A DNA stretch of 64,000 nucleotides from Camelus ferus (lineage: Eukaryota). Numbering within the stretch: the first letter of the stretch is position 1; each line of letters opens with the position of its first letter. Both the position numbers and the translations under genes were made by a program. Under the pieces are notes generated by a model. The model saw only the letters and a program-made list of their open reading frames with translations, was not told the DNA's origin and searched no databases. This document shows positions 61,529 through 64,000 of the stretch, piece after piece. The stretch covers positions 47,308,001 through 47,372,000 of the forward strand of contig NC_045697.1 in NCBI RefSeq assembly GCF_009834535.1. Reading direction: 5' to 3'.

Positions 61529-63289
61529 GCTAGACTGCATTATTGGATATCTCTCAAAAGTAAGAAAGCTACCCTAAAACCTACTATTTCCCCATAACAA
61601 ACACCAACTGTGTGTTCACATATAGTCCTGACTACTTGTAGCACCTTTTGCACAGCTTGTGATGTGCAGTGTCCGTTGATTTGTAAATCTCTGCTCTGCT
61701 CTGTCCACGGAGCAGCGATTCTCTTGGGGCCACGACATACCTGATGCAGCTGACACCAGGTGGCTATTGGAACTCTCCCTGCATCGTTCTCAAGAACTCT
61801 AAAAGTCAATCATATGAACGCTTGTCCTTTTAAATCAATAAAAGACAATCATAGAAAGTGACATGAGATGACCTAATAGCAAGAACTGTGCTGAGAGACA
61901 AACTCTTCCAGCATGATTTTAGTAAGGCTCTTTTTATGAAACCTATAATTTCCCAGAGCAATTCAAATAAGAAAAACCCACTATAAATAAAGATTATTTA
62001 TCGAAGTAATAACATTTAGTAGGCATCATTTTCCCTAACAGTCATGCTATTGGTACATCTATCCTTCACTCTAATTAGAAGTTTTTTTTTTAATTTAAAA
62101 ATATCAAGCCAAAAAAACGAAGCTCTCCTTTGTTAAATCTGGGGGAGTGTTTCATAATTTTAGAAATATCTAGATGAGACTTTATAGTCATCTCATGCAG
62201 CCTCACATGCCTCCCTTCCCTTCACCCGAGATATTTTGTGGGAAGTTAGACTAAAGATACAAAAATTATTTCGATGCAAGTTGAAAACTACTTTATGCAC
62301 TTGAGGCACAAGATGGTATAGAAAAGCAAAAATGATGTTTCAACAGTGCATGAGCCTGAAACAGAACTTTGAGTTTTCGATCCCTGATTCAGTGCTCTCT
62401 CACACACCATTAACTTTAGAACACTGGAAAGAGTTCTGAATTTAGCTCTCTATTCGTTTAGAGTCTATTGTGTCATTGTACTGTACGAGCCACGTAAAAC
62501 GCCTGGTCCCTTTATGAGGGCCAGGTTGATAGCTCTTTTGATGGGTTTCTCATGCATGGGTCACCATTTCACATTATATGACAGCATTAATCCCACTGCA
62601 GCTGACTCCAACGGTTGGCATCTGACCATAGGTGGTGAGCAGCCAATGTACAGAGACGACCTGGTGGGAGAACTTTGCCCAAAACAATGCTTTCCACTAG
62701 ACAGTGCCTTTCCAAGCCCATTGAATCTCTTCTTTTAGGGAGTGAGCTGTACAGAATTTTTTTAAAAAAAAGAGTAACAAAGAGGTGGGAAGAACCCCAG
62801 AAATAAGGCATGAAACAGAAGCCAAGAATAACCAGAAACCATGGGCAAATGAAGCCTCAACTAGACGAGCACCATGTAGTAAGGGAGGAGAAGTTCCTTG
62901 GTGTTGTCAGAACAGTGGAAGCAGAGAGGAGGGAGAAAGAGTTCCTATAATGGAGACATCAGCGCAGGGGAGCAGTGGATGTCTGATGCTGAGGGAGAGA
63001 CAAGACGGCTGAGTCCCGAGGGTAGTGCTGGGTCCTGAGCCTCCGCAAAGCTTGGCTACACACGGCTGAGAATATTTCCTTCTTTTACTTCCTGTGTATC
63101 ATTAATCCCCACTCACCAAGGGAACCCAGATGCAGCTCAACTCCTTGTAGCCTTAGACAGCTTAACTCACACAGATACAAGGCATCTGGTAACTCTGAAC
63201 AAAGACCACTTGTCGCATTTGCAAAATGACGGTCCTAAATGCTAGAACACTCACTTGGTGCTTAAGACTCAGACCTCAGCCTTGAGGAT

Positions 63290-63400
63290 ATTCATTCAAT
63301 AAATCTTTGAATTGATCCCCCAATGGCTCCAGGCACTGGAGATACAGCAGTGAACAAAACAGACAAAAATCTCCCTTTCATAGAGCTTATGTCGTAGGGT
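63290..63400 (-). mobile_element. L2 3' end
   Basis: TTCATTCAATAAAT...GGAGATACAGCAGTGAACAAAACAGAC. Confidence 0.75.
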
Positions 63401-63599
63401 TGTTTGTACAGAAACGCTGAATTCCAAGGAGACTCTCCAGGCCAGTCAACTCATGGAGTGGTAACTCTTCCAAGAAACAGCAGGAAGTAACAAAGCATCT
63501 TGGGATAGAGCCCCTGGCTCTGGTGATGTTTTATATGCACATCTTGTTGAACAGAGGGAACCAGAAATGTTAAACACCTACAAGGTACCCACTTGTGCC

Positions 63600-64000
63600 T
63601 ATTATCGAGCAATTATCTCATCTACCCCAAATTTGCCCTTCTATACCTAGCTTTGTGGAGCTGAGGTTAGGACTTTGCAAAGTACATTTCTCTTCTGCCC
63701 CCCACACCCCAACTCCCTGCTAGATTCCACCAATGGGAGGAGTCGAGGGAGAATAGATGGAAGGCAGAAGGAGGAAAGAAGGACATGCTATTGGCTTGCT
63801 ATTCATGTCAGTGTCAACCCAGTGAAGGGCTTTCCCCCGACAGCAGCAGTTGGCTCCAGGCTCCAAGGACGAGTCACCTGCTTACATGTCTGTGGAGGTA
63901 CCAGCTCCAGCTGGACGGAGGTCCCTTCACAGAGATCTGCACCTCAATTCCCTAGGCATCTCCTCTGAGCCCCCGAAGCACCAGCACTGGAAAGCGGTGC
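63600..64000 (+). mobile_element. LTR41-like ERVL LTR (runs off the window edge)
   Basis: GGACTTTGCAAAGTACATTTC...TAGATTCCACCAATGGGAGG motif. Confidence 0.55.

Noticed and set aside
60752..64000. ANXA3 exon 6 (GAGTNEDALIEIL... type)
   Set aside because: I found no matching sequence on the minus strand; it presumably lies beyond the window.
1..64000. CRISPR array, operon or other prokaryote-style or novel multi-gene system
   Set aside because: The DNA is mammalian (spliced gene, LINE/SINE/LTR fossils, CpG depletion). I saw no regularly spaced repeat-spacer array and no long ORFs.

Overview
Mammalian nuclear DNA, not prokaryotic. It is most likely from a camelid (Camelus/Vicugna/Lama), inferred from six copies of a tRNA-derived SINE matching the camelid vic-1 type; I saw no ruminant Bov-tA/BovB or pig PRE-1 SINEs. 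The only protein-coding gene I can support is annexin A3 (ANXA3) on the minus strand. Its last seven coding exons (human numbering 7-13; 80/57/94/96/59/123/60 bp) lie between 60751 and 46162, all with GT-AG boundaries and matching phases. Exons 1-6 lie beyond the right edge. The remaining ~45 kb is intergenic DNA downstream of ANXA3, dense in fossil repeats (L1 3' ends, L2, MIR, MaLR/ERVL/ERV1 LTRs, MER2 and hAT DNA transposons, SINEs with visible target-site duplications). I found no convincing new multi-gene system. The best second-look items are: a very old full-length U6 snRNA retrocopy followed by an L1M-like 3' end (possible ancient U6/L1 chimera), non-conservative substitutions at usually conserved ANXA3 positions, two CpG/ETS-rich promoter-like patches, an unexplained 51-bp direct repeat 2.5 kb apart, and tandem poly(A) signals. 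Repeat family names come from my recall of consensus sequences, not from a search; repeat boundaries without stated TSDs are approximate.
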